64,000 bases of DNA, taken from Camelus ferus (taxonomy: Eukaryota). A program made the translations under genes and the position numbers. Every line of letters starts with the position of its first letter. Position 1 is the first letter of the stretch. The stretch is taken from NCBI RefSeq assembly GCF_009834535.1, contig NC_045696.1, positions 17,238,001-17,302,000 on the forward strand, written 5' to 3'. This document shows, one piece after another, positions 26,229 through 38,575 of this stretch. A model generated the notes under the pieces. It had not been told where the DNA came from. It ran no database searches and saw only the letters and a list, made by a program, of their open reading frames with translations.

Positions 26229-26587
26229 CTCACCCCCTCATTTCTACGGTCTTGGCTTCTGGAAATTTCCTTCATGAATACATCAGACCTCCAGCGGATT
26301 TGACTGACGTGGAATTAAACCATAGCTGTCAAATTTGATCCATGCAGTATTTAATTAGGCCACTATCAAAGTATTCCAAGCATCAGAATAATGCAAATCT
26401 TCAATGCTAACGTGGTTGAATCCAGACCTCCCACTCCAGTTTTCCCACTGAACAAATCTGACAACCATCAGGAACTGCCTTAAGATGTCATATTGGCTGT
26501 TTCCACTTAGATGATTCAGATGAGAATGGTAGCATGATTTTGAAAACAGTTTGGCGCTTGTGGTTTTTAATTTAGACACAAAATTAC

Positions 26588-27128
26588 TACATGACTAAGC
26601 ATTTGTACTCTTACCTATATAATCAAGAGAAATAAAACTATGTTCATATAAGGACATGCAAATGAATATTCATCAAAATTGCATTCATAAGAGCTCTGCC
26701 CCAAAAGAATCAGCTGAAGTATCCAACTAATAAGTGAATAAACAAAATGTGGTATATCCACACCATGGACTGCTACCCAGAAGTAAAAACCAGTCTACTG
26801 ATAAACAATAACATGATACATCTAAACAAACTGATACTAAGTGAGAAGCCAGACACCAAGAGCTACATATTGTATGCTTTTCTTTAGATAAAACCATATG
26901 AGGAATAACTATACTGACAGTAATCTGGTGATTCATCACTAGAGACCGGGGTTCAGAGGATGAATTGACTGCAAAAGTGTATGAAAGAACACCCGGGGGT
27001 GATGGCAGTCCTCTAAAACCGGATCGTGGTGGTGGTCACACTTTTACATCTATCAGAATTCATCAAACTGAACACTTTATATGAATGAATTTTATTTTAT
27101 GTAAATTTTGCTACAGTAAAGCTGAAAG
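26588..27128 (+). mobile_element. L1MB/L1ME-like 3' end
   Basis: AAACAAAATGTGGTATATCCACACCATGGA..AAGCCAGACAC..CATCAAACTGAACACTTT..TATGTAAATT. Confidence 0.8.
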
Positions 27129-28787
27129 AAATGAACCTTAGATGCAAGTACATGCATTAAATTTTCTTGAAACATCCCCATGAAAAGATACTACTGGTAG
27201 TCTTTAAAGAGAGAATAGTACAGTATATTAGAATTGGGCAAAAACATTCTTTTCTTTCTATACATATGACAGGACAAAGGATGTCCTTGGTGGTGGTGCT
27301 CATATACCACTAGTTACCTTCTCAACTCTATGAATATACATACAATGAATATACACTCTAAGTAAGAACAGTGTGCTTACTAAGTAAACACCACCCCAGT
27401 AAAATTCCTTAGGCCTTTATTAATCATTCATCCATTCAATAAATACATATTTTTAAGACCTTACTATGCATCAGGGGATCTTATATTCTTGGGGAGAATG
27501 CATTTTTTATTCTGTCATCTTAAATCTTTATTAGACTTATCTAATAAATATGTCATTATTGTACTTTCACTCAATTTAATACAATGTATTGTATTTTTCA
27601 TCTTTAAATTTTCAATAAGATTAGTTGCCTTATTAAATTGAGATTTCTGATCTGTGAATTAATTTTCACCATTTTTTTACTTTGATTCTTTTAATTACTA
27701 ACAGAAACTCTGAAGTATCGGCTCTTAAACTTAGCCTCTGGGCCTCAGTAAAGTTAATGTTGACTGCTGCTTTTCAGAATAAGAGTCACACTTCCTCATT
27801 GCTTTACAGGTCTAGTAATTTTTTTGTTGAAGATTGGGCATTTTTTTTTAATAAATTTATTCTGCTTTCTTTGAAGGTAATCAAATCCTAATCTGCTTAT
27901 GCAATTAACATGTCTGGACTCAAATTTTTCAATTTACATCCCTCATATTTACAATTGTTGGTTGATGTCTCTGTTGATGGACTCCACAGTGATGGCGCCC
28001 GCACAGGTATGGTTCAGGGTTAGGCAAGGATTTTCAGACTGTGCTCAGACTATTCAAGTCAGTTAGGCTTTCCTCCAGTTGAGATATATGTGGATTAAAG
28101 AATACATTCACAGCCACAGCAAGTTTTCAAGCCTCCCAGGCTTTTAATTTTCACTGGGCTTCTGGCTTTTCCATCCCAGAATGCGTAAAGAATTTATTAT
28201 CTTAGCCCTTCTAAGATCTTTCACTTTAATAATTTCCCAGTTACTTTTAAGTTCCTCTTTCATACCCCTATCAAAAAGGCAACAAAACTTGCCATAGTTA
28301 CTCATAAAGTAACTATTTTCATGGCATCCCTTTCAAGTTGTTGATTGCCTTTGGGAGCTTTCAAATTTAAAATTGTTGAAATTGTTATTTTTTTAAATGT
28401 TCCTTTGTTATTTGTATCTTTAAAGTAATTGTTTTTACTTATAAATGGTTTCTCTGAACTGAAAATGATTAATATTCCCCAAGCTGCCATTATACAAAGT
28501 AGAGGCTTAAATTTATGTAAGCTATCATTGCTATCTAACGAACAATTCTGTGAACCAAATCATATTTGGTTTTCTTTTCCTTTTCACTTCCTGAAAGAAT
28601 GTTTTAGAACTTGTTAATAATCATGTATCACCAGATTAGTTTGAAAACATATTTAACATATTTAGCAAGAAATTCTCCTTAAAGTTTTTATGTTAGTATC
28701 AGGGATTAACAAGACAAATGTGGTCATATTGAGCAATATTTAGCAATATTAGCTTTAGCAACAATTGACTTGGTACAGGTCATTTTT

Positions 28788-29029
28788 CTTGAGAGCTTGT
28801 TTGGAGATTTTAGCAGGGGAACGCAGCTACTCGTACACCCTTGACTGAGAAGAATGGTCCTCCTCTATCGGGGATGGCCATCCTCTTCAAACCAGCCCAC
28901 AGCTTTGGGAAGGATGCACATGGAGTGGTGAGGGAGGAGGGGGACACCCGCCTAGCCAGCCAGATCAGCCGAATCAACCCTGGCGATCAATGGGGTAACA
29001 GATGTCGCAGCCAGATCGCTCTTATATCT
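28788..29029 (-). pseudogene. 7SK snRNA tailless retropseudogene (nt ~1-240)
   Basis: reverse complement matches 7SK: GCGATCTGGCTGCGACATCTGTTACCCCATTGATCGCCAGGGTTGATTCGGCTGATCTGGCTGGCTAGGCGGGTGTCCCC...CCAAACAAGCTCTCAAG; perfect 17-bp direct repeat GGTCATTTTTCTTGAGA at 28778-28794 and 29030-29046. Confidence 0.96.
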
Positions 29030-29689
29030 GGTCATTTTTCTTGAGAAGTTTATAAGCAAAACTTTCTGTGACTTTTTTTTCTTGCTCACTAACTCATCTA
29101 GTTTATTTAGAAGATCTACTGGGAAAATTACACTAAAATGCCAAATAGAATGTATTGTTTTCATTGTTATCTATGTTTTCAAATATATTAAACATCAAAT
29201 TAATTTTTTGAGATCTTTATTGAACTATTATCTTACTAGAATAAAAAAACTGCAATTTGTGCTATCAAATAATATTCTTATTTATTTATTCAACAAAAAA
29301 TGTGCCCCATTTTGTCACTCATAGTCTTTTCTCACTGAGAATGATTAGTGGTCTATTGTGTTGTTAGTAAAAAAGTCAGGCTGAGGTTAGCTAAAAAAGA
29401 TAAAAGGGTTTCAAATAACAGAGAGAGCTATTTATAGTCACTGTTTTTGAAAATTGAAATTAATTTTTCATAGTGCTATTATACTTCAAAAGTTGATCAG
29501 GCTTCCTGAAAGCATATATTACATCTTAATTCAAAGTTTGAATTATTGTTGAAAATGTAATTCTAATAAATAGGATTAAATATATTATTAATTATGAAAC
29601 TTAATTTTAATAACTGAAGTTAAATACATTAAACCTTTGTACACAAATGCTGTATTCTACAGATGCCTAATTGTTTTGCCATTTTAGCC

Positions 29690-30238
29690 AGTCCACTATG
29701 TTCACATTTCAACAAAAATATACAAGCCATACTAAAAGGCAAAAACACAGTTTGAAGACATTTTGAACAAATAGCAGAATCCAAATCAGATATGGAAGGA
29801 ATGTTGGATTCATCGGAGCAATAATCTGGAAAAAAAATAAAACCTGCAATTAAATGGGAGAGTAGACAACATACATGAACATACAGACAATGTAAGCTGA
29901 GAGATGGCAACTTAAGGAAGAATCAAAAATAAATGCTAGCAATCAAAGGCACCCTAACAGAAATCAAGAACATCTTTGATGGACTCATCAGTACAAGGAC
30001 ATAGCTGGGGAAAGCTTCTCTGAACTTAAGGGTGTGATAAGAGTACCTTCCAAAGCTGAAGAGCAAAGAGAAGAAAGACTGAAAAACAAAACAAAACAAA
30101 ACAGAGTATCCAAAAACTATGGGATAACTACAAAAAGCATAACATACAAGGAACGGGAATATGGGAAGGAAAATAAAAAGGGAAAAAAGAGTAGAGCCAT
30201 AATGATTAAGAGCTTCCCCTAAATTAATGCCAGACACT
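29690..30238 (+). mobile_element. L1MC/L1MD-like 5' region and ORF1 fragment
   Basis: AAAAGGCAAAAACACAGTTTGAAGA..GAAATCAAGAACATCTTTGATGGACTCATCAGTA..TTCCCCTAAATTAATGCCAGACAC. Confidence 0.8.
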
Positions 30239-30239
30239 G

Positions 30240-32046
30240 ATAAATACTCAGTGTTTTATGTTAACCTTATAATGTCCTTGATTATTTAGGGAAACCAAAA
30301 TGTTTCACTTTTAAAGAACTTAAATTTTTATTTATGTTTTTAACAATTTTCCCTTTCCAAAATCAAATTCCAGATGAAGCCTAGATCTTGATCTTGAGGC
30401 TTTCCAGAGGGCATCTAGAAACTCTCAAAAGATTTGTGCTTTTACCTTATTAAAAAAAATGTTAAAAATAATTAGGTTTGTTTGATATGTGGAATTGCAT
30501 GAAAATAATGAGATGCTTAGCTTTTCCTTGGTTATATATGTGCATGGATAAATCTTATTAACATAAATATCTCAGAAAGTGTATAAACTTCCTAGAAATG
30601 TGTTAACACCCTGACTATCTGTGATGTCTGATATAATGTTAGCAGACATAAATCATTTTAGCATTTTAGAATATCATATGCCACTGAAATACCCTAATGT
30701 CCTTGTCAAATAACTCTCAGAAGATCTTTAACCTTCACCTTTTAGGTTTTTGTCATACACACATCATTTTTGTTTTACTCTGATTCATATTTGAAAGTGC
30801 AATCAACTACAGGTCTGAGTACTTCCTTTTCAACAGAAACAGACTATCTCAGAGGCCCATGGAAAGAACAATGATGGGTAATTTAGGATACATGCTTCTG
30901 ATGGCAATAACTTTGAGACCACACCTTTGGATTGAGGAAGGACTTCCAGAACTCAAATGAAGATGCTGATGGGTCATAAACCCACTAACTCAAGATCAAG
31001 CAGAATAAAAAATTAACTACATGAGAATGAGTAAACTGATTAAGGATGATTATTATTTTGTTTGAAACATTTTTGTTTTCTTGGTATTCTCTTTTCTGGA
31101 CAAAATCAATCATTTTTCTTTTTTCTTAAGTTATCTATAACTAGCTACAATTCAATAGATTGCATTTTGTAAACGGAAGTAAATACTTCTTTTTTCTCTC
31201 TGCCAGACACCTCCAGAATTTGGAAAATCTTACTGAGTATTCTTATTTCCATGACAATGTAATTATTTGCATAGGTTCAATAAGACTTTGTCTCTCTTAT
31301 AATAGAGCATAACTAGAAAAATTGACAGTGTAGGCAGGGCTTTGAAATGTCGTATTTAAGCCTCAGTCCTAGACTTAGATATGGTCAGGCAGTTTTATGA
31401 AACTAAGGTTGATATTATGGAGCCAATGATTATAAAGCTTTCTTGGAAAAAAAAATAATGAAGTGACCTGGTATCCTACAAGGTTTACTTACAGGCTTAC
31501 AGGGTTCTGAGCCTTACAGGTGAGTAAGGTAGATCACTTTCTGGCAGGCATGAGAAACTTAGGCCTTTTTGGAGACCCTGAACAACGAATTCATCCAAAT
31601 GTATTAATGCTACAAGTGAAGTCTGGTAGTAAGTTCTTGGCTTGACTTTTTAATCTTGAAGGGCTCTTAGAAGTTCAATCTGAGATTCCTTAAGAAAAGT
31701 TTTAGCAAAGCAAATTTTAAAAGGCCTATGTGGTCTATTTCTACTTTTTTTATTGTTATATTTATTTAGGTAATCAAGGCAAATGTAGTGAGATCAGACT
31801 TATTTTGCAAACAAGAATCAATAGAGAACAATTGTATATTTATATGGAATTAAGGAACAATTTTATGCTTATATGGAAATGTATAGGTTGGTCATTGTTT
31901 AAATATCTGATCATTTGCCAAATGTCACCATATGGCAAATATCCCGTACTACCAAGTCTCAGCAGATTGGTTGAGCTGGTCCTTAATGGGGGAAAAAAAA
32001 TAGTGCCCTAATGAGAAAAAGTCTTATATCATTAAGGACTTAGATT
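30240..32046 (+). mobile_element. ERV1 internal sequence, non-autonomous MER4 group (probably MER31-int-like)
   Basis: MER4-group internal motifs (GATGCTGATGGGTCATAAA, TCAAGATCAAGCAGAA, CAGGTGAGTAAGG..CACTTTCTGGCAGG, AAGTTCAATCTGAGATTCCTTA, AGACTTATTTTGCAAACAA); runs into a MER31-like LTR. Confidence 0.7.
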
Positions 32047-32478
32047 GTATAAAGATTCTCTCCTTGACTAAACTTCAGTCAAGCTCCTCTAAGATCTCTT
32101 TTTGACCTTCGCCCTAGTCCTTTTTGAATCTGCATAGTTCAGTTTTAGCAAGAATCCTGATAAGTCACTTTAAAGAGAATCCCCGACACTTGATAACTGA
32201 GCCACTTCAATATCTGATCAATTACTCATTCCCCACCTTTTATACCTGATGGTCCGGTCCTGCCTTCACCAAGAATTCTTATTCAGTCGGTTTAGCAAGA
32301 GTTCCTTCCTACCCTCGATGTCTCCTCTTTGGACTTTTCCATCCACAGATTCCCAACCATTCCCATTTGTTCTTTTTTTAATTTTTAAAAATTTTTATTT
32401 ATTCATTTATTTTTAAATTAAAGTAGTCAGCTACTCATATTTGTTCTCATTGTGTTCAGAAGTGAGCTCAGTTCTGCA
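32047..32478 (+). mobile_element. ERV1 LTR (MER31-like), probable 3' LTR of the upstream internal sequence
   Basis: AAAGATTCTCTCCTTGACTAAACTTCAGTCAAGCTCCTCT..TTTTAGCAAGAATCCTG..CCTACCCTCGATGTCTCCTCT. Confidence 0.75.
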
Positions 32479-32479
32479 C

Positions 32480-33147
32480 TAAGATGTTTCTAATTTCCAT
32501 TTGAGATCTCATCAGAATGGCTTTTACCACTTTTACCAACATCCTGGCTGGGATTATTTATGTATTCTTAAAAAAATAAAGTTTTCTTTTCAGCTCTCTT
32601 CTTTTCTGAGCTCTCACCGGAATAGCCTATAGCAGTCCCTTCACAGCTAAATCTCAGCCTTTTCTAACATGCACCTCAGAATACTTCCAACCTCTACACA
32701 TTATCCAGTTCCAAAGTAATTTCCACAATTTTAGGTTTTTGTCACAACTGTACCCCCACTGCTTAGTACAAATCACTGTCTTAGCATAGACTGCTGTAAC
32801 AAAATGCCATACACTGGGTAGCTTAAACAATAGATATTTGTTTCCCTTCATTCTAGAGGCTGGAGATTCCCAATATCACGATGCTGTTGGATATAATCAG
32901 TTCCTGGTGAGGGCTCTCTTCCCGGCATGCAGATGGCTGCCTTCTTCCTGTGTCCTCACACGGCAGAGAGAGGAAGCTCTGGCGTCTCTTCCTCTTCTCC
33001 TAAGGGCACTGATCCCATCAACCAGGCTCCACTTCATAAACTCATCTAATTTAGTGAGCTCTCAAAGTCCCTACTTCCTAATACCATCACACCGAGGCCT
33101 AGAGCTTCAAAATATGAATTGTGAGGGTACAACATTCAGTTTATGCA
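32480..33147 (-). mobile_element. MaLR MLT1A-like LTR (32777-33147) plus adjacent MLT1 internal sequence (32480-32776)
   Basis: internal: TTCCAACCTCTAC..CCAGTTCCAAAG..TTCCACAATTTTAGGT..CCCCACT..GTACAAAT; LTR: TGTCTTAG..CTGCTGTAACAAAATGCCATACACTGGGTAGCTTAAACAA..AACATTCAGTTTATGCA. Confidence 0.85.
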
Positions 33148-33959
33148 ATGCTTTAGTACTGATTTTTATTTGTATCAATTTTTTTAATAACATACGAATG
33201 TCAGGTCATCTTTGTGATAAAAAATAATTATTTTATAGACACTTCTCCAAGTACAGAATAAATTATCTGCAGTCTTTCTCAAGGTATAATTTGGAAAGAA
33301 TGAGTTTGAATAATTTAATTAATTATGAGAGATTGTGGCTTCATACACAAAATAACTAAATGTCAGATGTACGCAATCGATTTACCAAGCAGAAAATCCA
33401 TTTTCTATAATTTTTACATCCAGTTTTGAAAAATAGAAACAATAAATAAAAATGTATTTAGTGGATATCTGTCATAAGCAAATTGCCAAAGATGGGGTTA
33501 TTATTTGCTGCATCTCAGAGATGCCTATTTAGTCATTTGCCAGGTTTCAGCCAAGTATTGCAGAGCTAAGAGGTTATAAAAATTTATTATACATCTGCTT
33601 TGAGCTTGGTAAAAAGCCTACAGTTTTTTTTTATTATTATTAATGGAACAACACCAGGAAAAATGTTTAAATAAGTACTTGCTTAAATTGCATTATATAA
33701 AAAATGGGAGTGAAAGTTTGAGAAGAATCAATCATGTATTTTATTTCCTCTGAATTAAAATAAAATGCAGACAACTCCCAAATTGCTGACTAGTCTTCTA
33801 AGTTGATTTGCTAGATAGGATAGGTCTCTGATACAACAGCTTTAAAAAAAAAACTGAATTTATACATAAAACTTGTTTTTCACAATCCAGTTTATCAAGT
33901 ATTTAAATTATAATGCAGAAAAATTACTTGTGAACATCAAATAGAATGTAAAAGGATAA

Positions 33960-34600
33960 AACTTAAATCTAATATTTAGCTCAGAACAGATCAACAGTGC
34001 ACTACTGGGTAGGCAGGGTTTTCGCTGATGCAAATCTACTAATCAATGAGCGGACACAGTGGTAGGCAAGAAGCTAATGCAGTCTAAAATTATGATGACA
34101 GAAGTTTAGTGCAGAGCAATGGAGCTCTGCTCCTCAGAACACATATTGACTGAGCTGTTTATTTTTAAGACCAGTTTTCAGAGAAGAATATTGACAAGTT
34201 GGAGATAAACCAAGAGGATTAGCTATTTGAAGGTACATGTGTGGTGTAGTGGAATTAAACATCCTTCATTGTGGAAAACTATACACCGCAATTAATAAAC
34301 ATCATCTCGTATTTAAAGGTTGTCTCATGAGGAGAAATGCATCCTACTTCACACAATCCAAAGGTCAAGACTAAAGGGAGAATGTTACAGAGGCAGTTTC
34401 ATCGATCGTATCAATATCTTTGCAGTCGTGGGAACTTTCACCACGCTGTGATAAAATGATTTCCCATAACGGGGAGGGCTGACATGGGGAGACAACTGGT
34501 GACCCTGTCCCTTTTTAAGGTTGTAGAAGAAGGAATTACTTTTATTTTTGACAGAGTATTTTGCTGAATGATCTCTATCATCTTATAATCTGAAGATGTA
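33960..34600 (+). mobile_element. L3/CR1 LINE 3' relic
   Basis: AAGAAGCTAATGCAGTCT, ATTGACAAGTTGGAG, GTATTTAAAGGTTGTC, GTTACAGAGGCAG occur in L3 consensus order. Confidence 0.6.
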
Positions 34601-34699
34601 TAATTAATTTTATCCATTATGCTGTGTTATTTGATTAGCAGAAGCATGTTTATATACAACTTCTTATTTATGTCTCATTAGGAAGTATGTTTAATCAAT

Positions 34700-35910
34700 T
34701 GTATTATTATTTATTTCACATACAATAAAATGTGTAGATCTTTAGCATACAGTTCAGTGAGTTTAACACAGGTAAATATCTATGTAATTACCAAGTCATT
34801 CAAGCTATAGACCATTCCCATTGCCTTTGAAATACCTTTTTCTGTCCTTTTCAGGTGATCTCTCCCAACTCATACCCAAAACAAACACTAATTTGATTTT
34901 TATTATTACAGTTGTGTGTGTTCTAGAACTTTAGGGAAGTGGAATTATACAATATTTGCTATTTGAATCCGTCTTTTTTCATTAATTATAAACTGCGAGA
35001 TTCTTCCACAGTGTTTTATTATAAACAATTTTTGCTTTTTTTTGTGGCTGAGTAGCAATTTATCATATTACTATACCATGATTTAGGTTATTTATATTTT
35101 CTGATATTTAAAAAGTCTTCTATAAGCACGTATGTAAAGTTTTTCTGTGAGCATGTATTTTCATTTCTCTTAGGTGAATACCTAGTAGTGAAATTTCTGG
35201 GTTAAAGGATAACATGTTTTTAACGTGATTTTTGTCACATAAATTATAAGGTACATACACAATTTTACAATCTTTCCAAAGTAACGAAGTTCAGTTGTGT
35301 CATAATCCTCACCAACATTTGGTATTGCCTTTCTTTTTATTTAAGTCATTCTAATGGACTAACGGTGGAATCATAGGCTTTTAAGTTCGCACTTCCTTGA
35401 TGACATGATATTGAACATCTTTCTGCGTCTTTGCCATGCACCTGTCTTCTGTTGCGAATTGTCTGGTTCAGTCTTTTTTCATTGTTTTATTAGGATGTTG
35501 TCTTATTGTTACAGTTTTGTTGTTGTTGTTCTATATACAAGTGCTTAGTAAGAAATATATTTCTAGATATTTTCTCTTAATTTATGTAGTGTGCCATTTT
35601 TTTTTCTGAAAATAGTACCATGAAATGCATGTCTTTGTTAATTTGACAAAGCCCATTTTTATCCTATTATTATTTATATGCAGTGCTTTTGTATTCTGGC
35701 TATGTAACCTTTATCTCCTTCAGGTTGGAATATATTTTTCTTATATGTTTTATTGTTTTTTCTATAATCAAATTTCAAGTTCATTTTTGTACTTACTATG
35801 ATAGATGTTTGAAGTTAATTTTTTTATAAAATGAGGAAGTGGTCAAGGAAGTTTTTGTCACTGTTGTATTTGTTATTCTTTTAAATATGGATAAAAGGTT
35901 ATTCCAGAAT
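34700..35910 (-). mobile_element. L1ME/L1MB-like 3' region
   Basis: TTCACATACAATAAAATG..TACAGTTCAGTGAGTTT..ATACCTAGTAGTGAAATT..CCTCACCAACATTTGGTATTG. Confidence 0.8.
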
Positions 35911-37091
35911 CAACCAACAAAGTCAGAATCATTATAGTCTATTATCTGCTTGGCTAATGTATTTCTTTTTTCCAAGAGAAAGTAATAAAAACAAATACAC
36001 ATTTATGTGGGACAGATTTTAATACATGTTTACTATGCACCCATAGAAATATTTAAACTACCTTGTTCATCACCACAATCTGACACTGAAATGCTTAAAT
36101 TTGATTCAATTGGAAAACAATGTTATTTATTATCTTTGATTCATGATATGATCTTCAAAGGGAGGCTAATAAACTTGGTTAAAAATACTAGACCCAGCAA
36201 AAAATAAGACTTTGAATGTTAAGAATTACTTGGGTCATTGATACTAAAGATCTTCCACAGCTATTTCTCTGCAAGTTCCAAAGCAAAATAAATAACATAA
36301 AGACTTATTAAATCTTTGGATTTTAGAGAATCTGTATACCACAACTAGCAATGTTCATAGTCCTCTATAGCTCTCTATTCATAAATTTATTTCTCTTAAT
36401 GTCTGATTTGAAATGGAACTCTGAGCAACAACATGTCTCTTGGAGCTTCATCTACTCATTGACAGTCAGTTTCTTTGAAGTTGTGTATTGCAAAGCTCAA
36501 TGATATTTGAAATGTCACTCACTTGTATGTAGGTTGACCACAGACTTTGGAATAAGCCCATGACAACCATTAATAAATAACTGGTAGAATTTTGTAAGAA
36601 AGTTACTTAAGGCTGCTGCTAAATACATTCCCTCAGCAATTTAACTAGTGCATGTGTTTTAATTAAAAGAGTTACTGTTATGAGAAGACATAAAATTATT
36701 TTGAGACCTGAAAAACCTTTTAAGTTACAGAAACCTGTCAGAACAACATTCTAACAGACAATGTTACAAAAATGTGTCATAATTAAATGCTGGAGAACCT
36801 GTGTCAGGGTACCCCTGGGGGGTACATATTGCATCCATGAAGATGTCCCTGCCATAGCTTTGTGTCTTACCCTACATCCTCCTGAGAAGTTACCTAATCT
36901 CACTGCCCGATGGACTCCTACACATTATCAGTGACTGAAGAGCACAGTTTACAATTCAAGGGTAGAGGGCTGGCATTCAGTCTGGAAACAGCTGCATTAA
37001 AGCTGGTTGATAGTTGCACTTTGTGAAAAGACAAGATAAATCCACTCAATGGACGGAACAAAAAGTGGTGTCTTTCATGCTACCAGAGATC

Positions 37092-37953
37092 TAGCATTAA
37101 TAGCTCAGGGTCTCTCAAATGGCTTAAGGTTCTTATGCCTGCCAGGAAGTAACTTACCTTACTCACCCATAAGGCTTAGAACCCTGTAAGCCTGTAAGCA
37201 AACCCTGTAATATACCAGGTCACTTTATTTATTCATTTTTTCAAGAAAGCTTTGTAATCATTGGCTCCATACTATCAACCTTAGTTTCATAAAACTGCCT
37301 GACCATATCTAAGCCTAGGAATCATTCTTAAATATAACATTTCAAAGCCCTGTCTACACTACATACTTTTTCAATTATGCTCTATTACAAGAGGGACGGA
37401 GTCTTACTGAATCTATACAAATTATTATATTGTCATGGAAATAAGAATACTCAATAAGATTTTCCAAGTTCTGGAGGTGTCTGGCAGAGAGAAAAAATAT
37501 TTTACTTCTGTTTACAAAATGCAATCTATTAAATTGTAGTTATAACTTAAGAAAAAAAGATTCATTTTGTCCAGAAAAGAGAACATTAAAAAAATTGTTT
37601 CAAATAAAATAATGATTATCCTTAATCAGTTTACTCATTCCTATGTAATTAATTTTTTGTTCTGCTTGATCTTGAGTAGCAGGTTTATGAACCCATCAGC
37701 TTCTCCACTTGAGTACTGGAAGTCCTTTCTCAATCCAAGGGTGTGGTCTCAAAGTTATTGCCATCAGAAGCATGTATCCTAAATTACCCATCATAGTTCT
37801 TTTCATGGGCCTCTGAGATAGTCTGTTTCTGTTGAAAAGGAAGTACTCAGACCTGTAGTTGATTGCACTTTCAAGTAAGAATCAGAGTAAAACAAAAATG
37901 ATTTGTGGATGGCAAAAAAACCTAAGAGGTGAAGGTCAGTGATCTTCTGAGAG
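37092..37953 (-). repeat. inverted copy of ERV internal segment 30714-31612
   Basis: reverse-complement match along its whole length, including a ~70-bp exact stretch CATGGGCCTCTGAGATAG...GATTGCACTTTCAA. Confidence 0.93.
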
Positions 37954-38235
37954 AAAAATGAATTACACAAACTCAGCAAATAGGTGAACAGCTTGCTGGA
38001 GGAGAAGGTTGGGACAGGTTGTGAACACTATTTCAAGATGAGCAATTAAACATATCTCTGCAGATAAAAGTAGGCATAGGTCGAGTAAGATGGCCTGGGA
38101 TCTTGGCAGTAGAAGTACAATAAATAAATGTATAGGATAATTAGGGCCTTACCGGTCTATGGGAATTCAAAAATGGAAAATATAATTTGTATGTGAGCTC
38201 TCTGTCAATGCTCAATGCACAAATTAAAAACCAGC

Positions 38236-38575
38236 TGTGAATGGTTCCCCAAAGATGTCCACCCCTTAATCTCTAGAACCTATGAATGTATTACCTTATG
38301 TTGTATATGGGATTTTGCAAATGTTATTAAATTAAGGGCCTTTAGTTGGAGAGATTATCTTGTATTATCTGAATGGGCCCAATGTAATCAGAGGGCTCAT
38401 ATACAATGGAGTAAGAGGGTCAGTGTCAGAGAAAAAGATGTGATGAGAGAAGCCGAGGTTGCAGGGATGAAGGAACACAGGTCAAGGAATGCATGCAGCC
38501 TCTAGAAGCCTGAAAGCTGATGTAATGGTTCTCTTCTACATCTTCCAAAAAGAATGGAATCCCGCCAATCCAGTT
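38236..38575 (+). mobile_element. MaLR LTR (MLT1D-like)
   Basis: AATGGTTCCCCAAAGATGTCCAC..GGGATTTTGCAAATGTTATTAAATTAAGG..CAAGGAATGCATGCAGCCTCTAGAAGC. Confidence 0.8.

Noticed and set aside
28788..29029. Functional 7SK gene, or coding ORFs 28841-29044 and 28952-29164
   Set aside because: The 3' ~90 nt and terminator are missing, there is CpG decay and a TSD, and no external promoter is visible; the ORFs are incidental.
32838..33227. Longest ORF (129 aa) as a protein-coding gene
   Set aside because: It lies almost wholly within an antisense MLT1A LTR and is a chance ORF with no recognisable domain.
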